Assembly: GCF_902713615.1 (NCBI RefSeq)
Contig: NW_024055470.1
Span: forward strand, 62,001 to 126,000
Length of the DNA stretch: 64,000 bases
From: Scyliorhinus canicula
Taxonomy: Eukaryota
Direction: 5' to 3'
The notes beneath the pieces were generated by a model. That model searched no databases and was not told the DNA's origin. It saw nothing but the letters and a program-made list of their open reading frames with translations. Both the position numbers and the translations under genes were made by a program. This document shows, piece by piece, positions 48,951 through 59,420 of the stretch; within the stretch, counting starts at the first letter, position 1, and each line of letters starts with the position of its first letter.

Positions 48951-49040
48951 GGGCTCGTCCGGGATTTGAACCCGGGACCTCTCGCAAATTCCGACAACGA
49001 CGCACCCAAAGCGAGAATCATACCCCTAGACCAACGAGCC
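48951..49040 (-). tRNA. tRNA-Pro-TGG: tRNA-Pro(UGG) with 18-nt intron, intact
   Basis: Exons identical to 42134; intron TGCGTCGTTGTCGGAATT; TTTT terminator. Confidence 0.95.
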
Positions 49041-49211
49041 CCGCAAAAAGAGTCAAAGCATACTGTCATTGCCATCGAAAATCAATCTAACATCTGCGGA
49101 GAACGCCAAAAGTACTGCAACATCTCAGGGACTCAGGCGGCATTTGTCGACAGGACAGCAAAGTTCGTCTTTCACCATCACCTTTCATTAAAACCGGGAC
49201 AGGTTAGAAAT

Positions 49212-49451
49212 CAGAAGGGGGTTTAGTGCAGTTAGATTGCGAATATACAGACCGGACGATGTACCACATGCTATGGTATCAGCAAAATCGGCACAGCCGC
49301 CGAGATTGGTCATCATTAACATATTGACGATGAAGAAAGAGGAGATCTCAGGACGATATCTGGCGGCTGCCAACATGTCTAAAAAGAATGGATACCTCAA
49401 TATAAACGCGCTCAGTGTGGAGGACGGGGCGGTCTATTACTGTGCAATGAG
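49212..49451 (+). pseudogene. 5'-truncated, frameshifted TCR V segment (family A)
   Basis: EGGLVQLDCEYTDRTMYHMLWYQQ / (1-nt loss) SAQPPRLVII...GRYLAAANMSKKNGYLNINALSVEDGAVYYCAM; paralog of 53439. Confidence 0.92.
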
Positions 49452-49490
49452 CACAGTGTCACAAAGCAGCTACAACCACGTACGAAAGCC
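49452..49490 (+). promoter_or_regulatory. 23-RSS
   Basis: CACAGTG + 23 nt + ACGAAAGCC. Confidence 0.9.
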
Positions 49491-50129
49491 TCAGCGAGTA
49501 TTTTCAATTCCAGTAAATTTGCGTTCCTGCCCTTGTACCGGAGGATGGTTTGATCTGGATTCAGAAAAATATTCAGGTCTATTTCTCCACAATTGCATTG
49601 CCGTCTCTGTCCTTGTATTGGTCAATAGAGGAGCCGTTTCGGATTCGTGAGATTAATCAGCATGTCGCGATACACAGTAAATTTAAGCTTGGAATATCCA
49701 CTTCCGAGCAGCAGTAATGAAAGTTCTCAGATGTGGGGATAATAAAATCTTCCAGGACCGTTAACTTAGGTCGACCTTATGCCAATGAGTCTGAGCCCCC
49801 CAGTAGTCTTCAGCGGAACATCGACTTTCTGATCGAAAATACATCAAATCTATGTTGACATTTCCTGCTTTCTGTTATGGAGGTTCCCAGATAAGGGACG
49901 TGTTTCAACGAAAGTGTGGTGCTGTCCAAGTGTGTTCTGTAAAATCCACGGGCCTGTGATGATTCCACGTCTCACAAATGTCCATGCCCGCGGGACCATG
50001 TGTGCGGTCCTTCCAGATATTTTCCGCACTGCCTCAGGGGACCAATATTGCCAGCATTCTCATTCGGTCCCTGGCAATCAGAGGATTGGCAGTCACTGTT
50101 GAAATGCACAGAGTTGTGATCCTGTTGTC

Positions 50130-50165
<36 letters not shown>

Positions 50166-50202
50166 AACCGAAAGGTTGATGGTTCGATCCCACCCAGAGA
50201 CG
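50130..50202 (+). pseudogene. tRNA-Asn(GUU) pseudogene (6-nt anticodon loop)
   Basis: GTCTCCGTGGCGCAATCGGTTAGCGCGTTCGGCTGT-AACCGAAAGGTTGATGGTTCGATCCCACCCAGAGACG; one T lost and two stem mismatches. Confidence 0.88.
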
Positions 50203-50269
50203 AATTGATGTTCCACTCCTGGATGATATCGGTTTAGGACAGGGCTAAATCGCTGGTTTTGAAAGCAGG

Positions 50270-51140
50270 TCAGAGAGGCTGATCATTCAGCGCATCACCT
50301 CCATACTTCCGGAATGCCTTGCCTCACTTCACTTTGCATACCGTCGCAACCGGTCCACATCAGACGCCATTTCCCTGGCCCGACGCTCATCCTGAGAGCA
50401 TCTCGAAAACAAGGACTCCTATTTATTGACTACAGCTCCGCCTTCAACACCATAATCACAGCCAAGCTCATATCAAAGCTCCAAAACCTAGGACTTGGCA
50501 CCCCCACTCTGCAACTGGATCCTTGACTTTCTGACCAACAGACCACAGTCAGTAAGAATGAACACCAACACCTCCTCCATAATAGTCCTCAAAACTGTTG
50601 CCCCGCAAGGCTGGGTACTTAGCCCCCTACTCTACTCTCTGTACACACACGACTGCGTGGCAAAACTTGGTTCCAACTCCATCTACAAGTTGGCTGACGA
50701 TACGACCAGAGTGGGCCGGATCTTGAATAACGACGAGTCCGAATACAGGAGGGAGATAGAGAACCTAGTGGAGTGGTGTACCGACAACAATCTCTCCCTC
50801 AATGCCAGCAAAACTAAAGAGCTGGTCATCGACTTCAGGAAGCAAAGTACTGTAGACACCCCTATCAGCATCAACGGGGCCGAGGTGGAGATGGTTAGCA
50901 GTTTCCCCACTGTCACCAGACTCCGAAATGACTCTCTTATTGACTGACTGTGTGCTTCAACCGATGCCAATGCATATGTAGTTACATTGTATATCTTGTG
51001 ATGCCCTATTATGTAGTCCCATGTATTTTCTTGAAATTTGTTTAATTCCCTTTTCTTCCATGTACTGAATGATCTGTTGAGCTGCTTGCAGAAAAATACT
51101 TTTCACTGTACCTCGGTAATAAACAAATCCAATCCAATAA
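50270..51140 (+). mobile_element. Rex1/Babar-clade LINE 3' part (RT), internally deleted
   Basis: [15 protein letters not shown]...[18 protein letters not shown]...KLADDTT...[22 protein letters not shown]; (ATCCA)n tail. Confidence 0.9.
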
Positions 51141-51318
51141 CCCGTCTTGCTCCATTTTCACATAATAATAAATGGCGATGGTCTTTCTGACCGCCCTCTC
51201 GCATCCACCTTGAGAGATGAATATCACCCCCCCCCCCCCCCACCACACACACACACACACATATACCACTACCCCTCTTGGTGTCGGTTTGTTTCTGGGA
51301 CCCACTGCCTTTCTGCTA

Positions 51319-51810
51319 TAATGTGATTGACGGCACAGACACATATAGGGATCTCTATATTTTTGTGCTGGTATTTCTCTATATATGTGTCATATTGCGA
51401 TCACTTCTACATTTGCTGCTACGCAGATTCTCTCCAATCAGACGGAATATGAACAGTGCAGGCTGCCCGGATGCTGACTGTGTATCAGGATCGTCAGTAT
51501 CGATGGTACTGCTGTGTGGCGTCAGTATCCTCTTCAACCCTCATTTCAGCGTCCAGATGTTCCGCTGGGTCTTGGTGGCTCCATTCTGATAGAAACGAAC
51601 AGAAAACAATAATAATCTCAAAATTCAGAATCAGCCTCATATTGACCAACGTAACGGTTACCTGAACCATACTCATTATTATTTAATTAACAATAATATC
51701 TGGTTACTCAGTAAGGGGAGAATGGGGGTTTTGCAGTGAAGGAAATGCTGAGTAGCGAGATCATAACGAAGAGGGTGACGAGGCAGTTCCCCGCGATAGT
51801 TCCTGAATCA
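51319..51810 (-). pseudogene. Decayed TCR V gene (family B, paralog of 57334-57838)
   Basis: Acceptor ctatcag|AA TGG AGC CAC CAA GAC (EWSHQD) at 51585; frameshifts and stops; heptamer CACATTA; leader relic ~51745-51805. Confidence 0.85.
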
Positions 51811-52337
51811 ATCGCTCTTTAGCGCAGGCAATAATCTGTCAGAGCAGCAATCCAGATTCAGGTCCCACTGCATTGCTGATCCAACCAATGACAGGAATCG
51901 AGCAGCGGCAGCAATGTCTAGAATATCCCAATGGTGTTGGAGCGAGGCCATCAAACGGAAACGGTGACCGGGGCACCGCAGACTCAAAGCTGAAAATTGT
52001 GCGGCGGTTATCAGCTGCAGTCACAAGTGATGGAGCGGAAATAGCCACAGTTGAGCACCCAGCAGCCCGTGACCATCCTGCACCTGCTCAACTCACTGAG
52101 AACAATATAGTGTCGGAGGGGTGGGGGCAGATTGAACTGACGCTACCTGCGCCTATTTGAAATAACTTTTTCTATTGCCCTTTTTACCCTGCATTTAAAT
52201 CCCGCGGGGTTTTCCGTTCTCAAGTTCTGATAATGCTTTTTGAAATGTTCTATTGATTCTTCTTCTCTCATCAATTGTTGCGCCAGACTCCAAATGATAA
52301 CAACTCACAGTGCAATCAACCTCACTTGCTTGCATAA

Positions 52338-52409
52338 GATGCGGTGGCCAAGAGGAAAGGCGTTGGTTTCGTAAACCAAAAATCGCGGGTTCAAATCCCG
52401 CCCGTGCCT
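52338..52409 (+). tRNA. tRNA-Thr-CGT: tRNA-Thr(CGU), acceptor-stem mismatch, possibly pseudogene
   Basis: GATGCGGTGGCCAAGAGGAAAGGCGTTGGTTTCGTAAACCAAAAATCGCGGGTTCAAATCCCGCCCGTGCCT; anticodon and T stems pair; no nearby T4 terminator. Confidence 0.8.
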
Positions 52410-52840
52410 CGGTGCTGATCCATTCTAAGACGTTTCATTGTCTCGCAAACGCTTGCAGCATGAAATATCATTCACCTATCTTCTTTATAGGACATTTAAC
52501 CTAATGAAAGTCAATCTGGTCTCTGAAAAAAACGATGTTCAGAGCAGTTCCCCTTTTGTACCTTCTTCGTCAGAACCACAATAAACTGCTATTATTCTGA
52601 GTTCTAACCTCCGCATGTCCACCAAAATCTTGGCATTCTTTCGACTTCATCGCATCCATGGTGTGAACCGAGAACTACAGATTAAGCATCATTTTTTGAT
52701 TAGAAACATCTACAGTGACAAAGGTAGTGTATTAACAGCTGAAATTTAGATTTCTGTCCAGGCCTCTCGCCCTGATATGCATTGCAGTCAACACTGAATC
52801 CACTCAACAGCCGAATTTTAACACGGAGTAAACCGAATCC

Positions 52841-52923
52841 GGCAGCAGAGGGCGCCAAATTCAAGCGCGGGCGTCAGAAACTCACCTGATGGTGTCGGCC
52901 AAGCCGATAGGCGAGTGATGTCA
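52841..52923 (+). promoter_or_regulatory. V promoter: CTCF-like site plus CRE decamer
   Basis: GGCAGCAGAGGGCGCC (52841-52856) and AGTGATGTCA (52914-52923), upstream of the leader ATG at 53020. Confidence 0.7.
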
Positions 52924-53019
52924 CAATAGACCCTCTCCCTGCATTGCACTAAGTTCCCTCTCTCCAACACAATCCCTGACTCAGTCCAGTCCAGTTCACT
53001 GGGAGAGATTCAGTCAGAC

Positions 53020-53730
53020 ATGGTTGTGATAATACTGGCGGCGCTATGGCACAGTAAGTAGTTACAGTGTTAATTAAACCAGATTAGCATATTAATACAC
53101 ATAGGCTATGTGTAATTAACGATCGGGAATGTCTACGAAGTGCCTGCATCAGAGGTCCCACAAAATGCCGCAGATAGAAGTAGATTTATATCAACTCTGT
53201 TTAAACTCAGGGCGGCACGGTGGCGCAATGGTTGGCACTGCTGCCTCATTGCACTGAGGACACGGGTTCGATCCCGGTCCCAGATCACTGCCCGTGTGGC
53301 GTTTGAACATTCTCACTCCCACAACCTAGATGTACAGGCTAAGTGGACTAGCCACGCTAAAAAGCACCTCTTAATTGAACAAACTCTAACTTTATAAAGG
53401 AACAACAATCTATTCATTTCAGTCCTTCGCTTTCGCAGGCCGGCTATGTGTAATCCAGTAGCCCAGTCAGCTGTGACAATAACTGTCCCAGAAGGGGGTT
53501 CGGTGAAGTTAAATTGCCAATATAAAGGCCCCAACATGTACAAAATGCAATGATATCAGGAGAAACCGGCACAGCCACCGAGATTGATTATCACCAACAC
53601 CTTAGTAATGAAGAAAGATGTGGGTTCAGGACGATATCTGGCGGTTGCTGACAAATCTAAACAGAACGGTTACCTCAGTATAAGCGCATTCGATGCGGAG
53701 GACGGGGTGGTCTATTACTGCTCACTGAGG
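53020..53730 (+). pseudogene. TCR V pseudogene (family A): leader, SINE-bearing intron, V exon
   Basis: Leader MVVIILAALWH + GTAAGT (53020-53053); V exon from 53439 NPVAQSAVTITVPEGGSVKLNC...MQ*YQEKP...YYCSLR; Trp41 is TGA; phase mismatch; RSS AACAGCG-23-ACACAACGC is broken. Confidence 0.92.
53210..53390 (+). mobile_element. V-SINE fragment in the V leader intron
   Basis: gggcggcacggtggcgcaatggttggcactg head. Confidence 0.8.
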
Positions 53731-54227
53731 AACAGCGTTAGAGAAAACCTAAAGCCCCGTACACAACGCTGAGTGAGTGTTTACAGCATCACTGAGGTTC
53801 CTTTCCGAGAAGGAATTGATCCCGGGCTCAGGCAAGCAATCATGTCTATTTACCGGACATTTTTCTGTCCTTGTGTAGATCGACAGAGGAATAGTTTGGG
53901 AAATCTTGAGAGCTTTGGCTGAAAGTATCAGCCATGATTGAATGGCGAAGCGCACTCGATGGGCCAAGTGGTCGAATTCTGCTCCTATGTCTAATGGCCT
54001 TATCATCTTATTATTGACTATTATGCCGCACATTTTATTGTATCTTTAAAACAGGATATCTACCTACCAGCAGAGGGAGGCACTCGAATGAGGAGTTAAG
54101 ATGGACGAAATCATGGCCTGCTCTCGCAGATGAGTCCAAGGACAAAGTCTTCTCGTTACCCGTTCCTGTAACGAAATGCAGAATGGATCAATATCTGCTG
54201 CGGTACTAAATGTACCAGGTACTTAAC

Positions 54228-54545
54228 GGGCGGCACTGTGGCTCAGTGGTTTGCATTGCTGCCTCACAGCTCCAGGAACCCGGGTTCGATTCCCAGCTTG
54301 AGTCACTGTCTGTGTGGAGTCTGCACATTCTCCCACTGTCTGCATGGGTTTCCTCAGGGTGTTCCGGTTTCCTCCCACAATTCCCAAAAATACATGCTGT
54401 TAGGTAATTTGGACATTCTGAATTCTCCCTCTGTGTACTCGAACAGGCGTCAGAATGTGGTGACTAGGGGATTTTCAACGTATCTTCATTGCAGTCTTAA
54501 TGTTAAGCCTAATTGTGACACTAATAAAGATTATTATTATGTACA
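54228..54545 (+). mobile_element. tRNA-derived SINE with (ATT)n tail
   Basis: V-SINE-type head followed by gtgacactaataaagattattatt. Confidence 0.8.
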
Positions 54546-55139
54546 ATAACCGCTGAACAACATGAGAATTACTATCAGTCTGGGACATTGGAAGCACATG
54601 GTGCCAGGTTTAGACCTTAATAGATATCAAGTTGTCGATCGAAAATACCTGAAGTTTCTGTTGACACGACATGTTTTATGTTGGATTCCCACGCAGATCA
54701 GGGACAGACTTCGTCCAATTGAGACAAAGGGGCGCTAAGGGGCAATTTAGCAAGGCCAATCCAGATTTCCTACACATCTTTGAACTGTGGGAGGAAATCG
54801 CTTCTCGGAATTTTTGCTAAGATGACCGTGAGGTCAGGTGGAATGCGTGGATCTGGTATGTCTCTCTTCTGGGGGCCATGAATTGGATTCAATTTGAATT
54901 GGTTTTTGGAGCAGGCATGGAGCTGCATTATGGATTTGCCCCTGTCCACATTCTGAGCTCTAGCTTTGTAACTCTGATAAGGTCTTTAAAAAAACTTGAG
55001 CAGCCGGAGGAAACCTTCGCAGACATGGGGAGAAAGTGCAAACTGCACACTCACGGCCGGAAGTGAACCCGGGTCCCTGGCGCTGTGAGGCAGCAGTGCT
55101 AACCACTGTACCACTCCTGTTCCACCGCACCGTCCCTAC

Positions 55140-55720
55140 TTGCAGGACAATAGAGGCATGGATTCTAAAAGCAGGGAGATCATGTTGGAGCTGTACAGAA
55201 CTGTCGTGAGGCCACAGCTGGAGTACTGTGTGCAATTCTGGGCGCCACATTATAAGAGGATGTGATTGCAGTGGAGGGGTTGCAGAAGAGATTCACCATT
55301 ATGTAGCCTGGGATGGAACATTTATGTTATGAAGAGAAGTTGCATAGTCTTGGGTGTACAAGATTACGAGGGTCATGGCAGAGTGGATAGGGAGCAGCTG
55401 TTCCCCGTAGTTGAAGGGTCAGTTGCGAGGGGACACAAGTTCAAGGTGAGGGGCAGGAGGTTATGGGGATTTGAGGAAAATCTTATTTACTGAGAGGATG
55501 GTGACTATCTGGAGTAAACTACGTAGGAGGGTGGTAGAGGCAGTGTGCTTCACATCCATTAAATAGTACCTGGATGAGCACATTACACGTCTTCATATTC
55601 AAGGCTATGGAACACGTGCTGACAAATGAGGTCCTGTGTTTAGTCCTGTATTTTTCACGTGTTGGTGCAGACTCGATTGACCGGAAGGCCTCATCTGAAC
55701 TGGTGGTTCTGTGTATCTGG
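55140..55720 (+). mobile_element. Degraded CR1 3' fragment
   Basis: gaggccacagctggagtactgtgtgcaattctgg and gggcacaagttcaagg motifs. Confidence 0.75.
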
Positions 55721-56169
55721 GATTCTGAGTGCTATAACATCCCTGGCGCTATAATAATTCCGCGAGTGACAAACTTCCAGGATTTCTGCGTACATATTTA
55801 TGTCCAGGCATTGGCTGCCCAATTTTACTGGCCTTGTCTTTCACTGGCGTGTCGCTGGCAATCAGAGGAATGCATTTCTCTGCTGCAATAAAGCAAGATG
55901 TGATAATGTTGGGACAGCAAATGCCGTGAGCTGGCTGCGGCATTGGGATCGCCGCACCATTGAAGGATACGGCCTGTTGGTGTGGGGGCTCAGCTCAACG
56001 ATTCTGTGTCTCGCTCAGTAACCAACACTGACTCGGGAAAATGCAGGGCCTTTTCATTGCCATATGAGCATCCATCGTAGGAGCAGGGAGTTGGTCAATC
56101 GGCCACTCGAGTCTACTCCACAATTCAATGAGATCAGGACTAAGGTGACCATGGCCTCAGCTCCACATT

Positions 56170-56720
56170 CCGTGTAACCCAGGGGCGCTCGTGAAGGTAT
56201 AATCAGTAAGTTCGCAGATTCCGAGAACATTGTTGATGTGGTTAATAATGAAGAGGAACACCTTAGAATAGTGGCAAATGGCCTCTGAAAATTTGCGAGG
56301 TGATGCAATTTGGGAGGGCTAGAAAGGCAAGGGAATATATAATGAAAGATAGGCCGCTCGGAATTACAGTAACCAGAGGGACCTGGGATGCGTATCCATA
56401 GCGCCCTGAAAACAGCAGGACAGGTAAATACGGTGGTTAAGAAAGGCTTATGAAATATTTGCGTTTATTTTCCGTTGAACATAAGAGCAGGGAGGTTATG
56501 ATGAAGCTGCAGAAACACTGGTTAGGCAACGGCTGGATCCCTGTGTGCAGTTCTGGTCGCCGGACTACAGGAAGGATTTGATTGCAGTAGAGCGGGTGCA
56601 GTGGAGATTCCCCAGGATGTTGCCGGGGATGGAGTGTTTCGGCTATGAAGACAGGCTGATTGGCTTAGGGTTGTTTCCCTCAGAGCAGAGAAGGCTGAAG
56701 GGGGGCCTGATTCAGGTTTA
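56170..56720 (+). mobile_element. Degraded CR1 RT fragment
   Basis: SKFADS motif and VQFWSP-like sequence. Confidence 0.7.
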
Positions 56721-57255
56721 TTAAATCTATCTAATCCACCTATTCTGCATATTTTTGGGTTGTGGGAGGAAACCGCGGCACACGGAGGAAACCATCACAG
56801 TCCCGGGGACAACGTGCAAACGCCACGAGCTTGTCCAAGGCCAGAGTAGAATCCGGGTCCCTGGCGCTGTGAGGCTGCAGTGCTAGCCATTGTACCGCCC
56901 CAAATAACCGAACTCTTTGAGCAGGTTTTTGATCATTTGATCTAAATGCTCCTCTGAAATTCCTTTGGACATGTAATGATGCGAAAAGCTCAACATTAAT
57001 TTAAATTGTTGCATTTGCTATTGTCCAGTGAGACCTGATAGTTTACTGAGTGAGTGAGTCTGTACACCAAGATATAAACAAGAAGCAGGATTTAAGGAAT
57101 GACAGATCGATTCGTCAATCTTACATCTGTTATGAATGCAAGTTGCAATCGTAAACTGGTTTAACTGTGCAAGTGGACCTCACCTCTTGCTATTTTTGAG
57201 ATGTTTTGTTACAATGTTTGTCACTCACTGTGTAACCTGAACTGCCCATGAGGAC

Positions 57256-57288
57256 GCGCGCCCTGCTGAGCGGCAGCTGGAACTGCCA
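57256..57288 (-). promoter_or_regulatory. CTCF-like site downstream of the RSS (variant core)
   Basis: tggcagttcc-agctgcc-gctcagcagggcgcgc; same position as the sites at 62528 and 34324. Confidence 0.45.
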
Positions 57289-57294
57289 GTGTGG

Positions 57295-57333
57295 GGTTTT
57301 TGTACGGGTCCACTGTATCTCTGTAGCAGTGTG
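57295..57333 (-). promoter_or_regulatory. 23-RSS with consensus nonamer
   Basis: CACACTG + 23 nt + ACAAAAACC. Confidence 0.95.
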
Positions 57334-57838
57334 GGCTCCATGGCACAGAAATACAAGGCGCTGTCTGAGATCATTGTATTACTGATCGTTAGCTCGGTAG
57401 TCTTGTCTTTTTTATCAAACGTAGAAGAAAACCGATCATTGAGGTCGGTGTTCCTTTGCACAATCTGTCCAATAAGAAGAAACATATACTTTGGAGCTTT
57501 CCCGGGCTGCTGACTGTACCAGTACACATTAGGGTTAGCATCGCTTGTTTCCAAGGTGCAGGTTATTGTGGCATTCCTTTCCTCTGTAACCGTTATTTCA
57601 GATTCCTTTTGTTCCACGGTGTCCTGGTGGCTCCATTCTAACAGAAATAACAACAATAATGACAATCAGAGTTAGCATCGCATTCAGCAATACGATCACC
57701 AGCAAAATAATCTCTGTCATTTTACCAACAATAAAATCAGGGTTACGGCATTCAGGAAGAGAATGGAGTGTTACTGGGAAGGAAATACTGACTGAGAAGT
57801 GAGATAATGACGAGCAGCGAAGCGAGATGGTTCCTCAT
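57334..57838 (-). CDS. Apparently functional TCR V gene (alpha/delta-like, family B): leader 57838-57793, V exon 57637-57334
   Basis: MRNHLASLLVIISLL-K-WSHQDTVEQKESEITVTEERNATITC...VYWYSQQPGKAPKYMF...DSALYFCAMEP; Cys23, Trp41 and Cys104 present; phase-1 intron GTCAGT...ttag. Confidence 0.92.
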
Positions 57839-57879
57839 GATCCTTCCTGAGTTTGTGATTCTGCAATGAGAGACATCCT

Positions 57880-58150
57880 CTGTCAGAGACAGAAATACAG
57901 ATCCCCGTCACACTGCACTGCTGAACCGGCCAATGAGAGGAATGATCCACCAGCAGCAATCTCTCCACAATTGGGTCAGAGTGAGAGCAGCAACCGGAAG
58001 CAGTGGGCGGGGATACCGCAGTCTGAATATTGAGTGACGTGTGCGGTGACTCTCAGCTGTACACGGAACTGATGGAGCGGAAATAGCGACGGTTGAATCT
58101 TCACTGCACCGTGACCATCCTGCACCTGCTCACTGTTCAAGTCACTGAGA
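57880..58150 (-). promoter_or_regulatory. Family-B V promoter, conserved with 51840-52130
   Basis: Shared blocks ccaatga(c/g)aggaat, gatggagcggaaatagc (ETS-like) and cgtgaccatcctgcacctgctca (E-box). Confidence 0.65.
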
Positions 58151-58589
58151 AGAAATATATTGGAAAGGACATGACGGACTAGAATCTAGAATCTTCGAGT
58201 CAGGGATGAGGCTACACGATCTATATTGCCCGAGACACTTTGAAATGGTTATCTTATTCTTCTTTCAAAAATAGCATTTTCTACATAGCCAGGTAATTGC
58301 CTTTACATTTCCTTCTTAAAGTTATTGTTGAATTTTCTTCCTTTTTTTAGACACCTCTTCTGTAGTTCAGCAAATCGCAGTATACATAATGAATGGAACT
58401 TTCCTGGGCTTTATTTCTCCCCGATCTTTGTACTATCCAAGGATCTGCTTGAAACAGCTCCGTTTCATCTTCATTGACAGATCCACTCACATTTCAGCAA
58501 CTCAGTACAGTCTCTCCTTTACTTTCTTTGACCTAAGGAGAGGTGGCCTTGTGGCGTCATCGGCAGCTTCCGTGCCTCTGGCTCCTTAG

Positions 58590-59420
58590 TCGTAGAGCTT
58601 TACGGCAAAGAAGAGGCCCTTTGACACATCATGTTTGCCTTGGCCATTAAGTAACGATCTAGTCTAAACCAATTTCTGACAATTGACCCGGAGCCTTGCA
58701 TGCAATGCCGTTTCAAATCATCATCTAAACGCTTCTTTATTGTTATGAGAGTTTCCGCCTGGACCAGCCTTATGGGCAATGAGTTCCAGGTTCTCACCGC
58801 GCTCAAATTCCCTCTAAACCTTCTGCTTCATACCTTGAATCTATGCCCCTTCATTGTTGACCCTTCTGCTCATGGAAAGGTTTTTTTTAACCCCTCGATT
58901 AGGTCCTCTTCAGTATTCTCTGCTTTAAGGACAATATCCCAGCTATCTAGCCTCTCCTCAGAGCTGAAACATTCCTGCCCAGAAAACCTCCTGATTAATC
59001 TCTTCTGCACCCTCTCTGCTATAATCACATCCTTTCCGTAAGGTGGCGAGCAGATGTGCACAAAATACTCCAGCTGAGGACTAACCAGCATTTTATACGG
59101 CTCCATAATTACCTCCCTGCTCTTATATTCCATGTCTCAGCTAATAAAGGCAAGTATCCTGTATGTCTTCTTCACCACCTTATCTACTTGTCCAGTTGCC
59201 TGCGGGGATCTGTGGGCATGAACACCACGGTCCTGTACTTCTTGGCGTCCTGCCATTCATTGTGTGTTTTCTTGCAAACTTCGTCCTCCCAAAATGCATC
59301 AGTGTTAAATTCCGTTTGCCACTGTTCTGCCCATCTGGCCCTTCCGTCAATATCATCCTGCAATCTATACCATTCCTCCTCGCTATTTAGCACACCGACG
59401 ATTTTCATGCTGTGTGCGAA
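58590..59420 (-). mobile_element. Degraded CR1 3' fragment
   Basis: MEYKSREV...YKMLVSPQLEYFVHICSP and RLQDDID...WAEQWQTEFN. Confidence 0.8.

Larger units (their letters stand above)
34620..49211. repeat. Six-unit tandem array (~2.44-kb base unit) carrying tRNA genes plus Penelope-like and CR1-like fragments
   Basis: Marker gcatc(a/g)aatcagagaataatgacacc recurs at ~34865, 37640, 40078, 42525, 44105 and 46867. Unit 4 has two deletions; units 1 and 5 carry TE insertions. Confidence 0.97.

Noticed and set aside
34868-49226. Recurrent 65-170 aa ORFs in the tandem array
   Set aside because: They recur only because the DNA is repeated, overlap tRNA genes and TE fragments, vary by frameshifts, and have no recognisable domain.
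54067-54083. CTCF-like CCAGCAGAGGGAGG
   Set aside because: Mismatch at a key core position and ~300 bp from the RSS with no positional counterpart; not counted with the other sites.
54878-54950. J-segment-like peptide ELVFGAGMEL
   Set aside because: No upstream nonamer-12-heptamer and no splice donor at the expected position; lies among SINE debris. Treated as chance.
55920-55975. Faint tRNA-His-like sequence (GCCGTGA...ACGGCC) at the position paralogous to the tRNA-Asn relic
   Set aside because: No A/B boxes or foldable arms; similarity too short to support.
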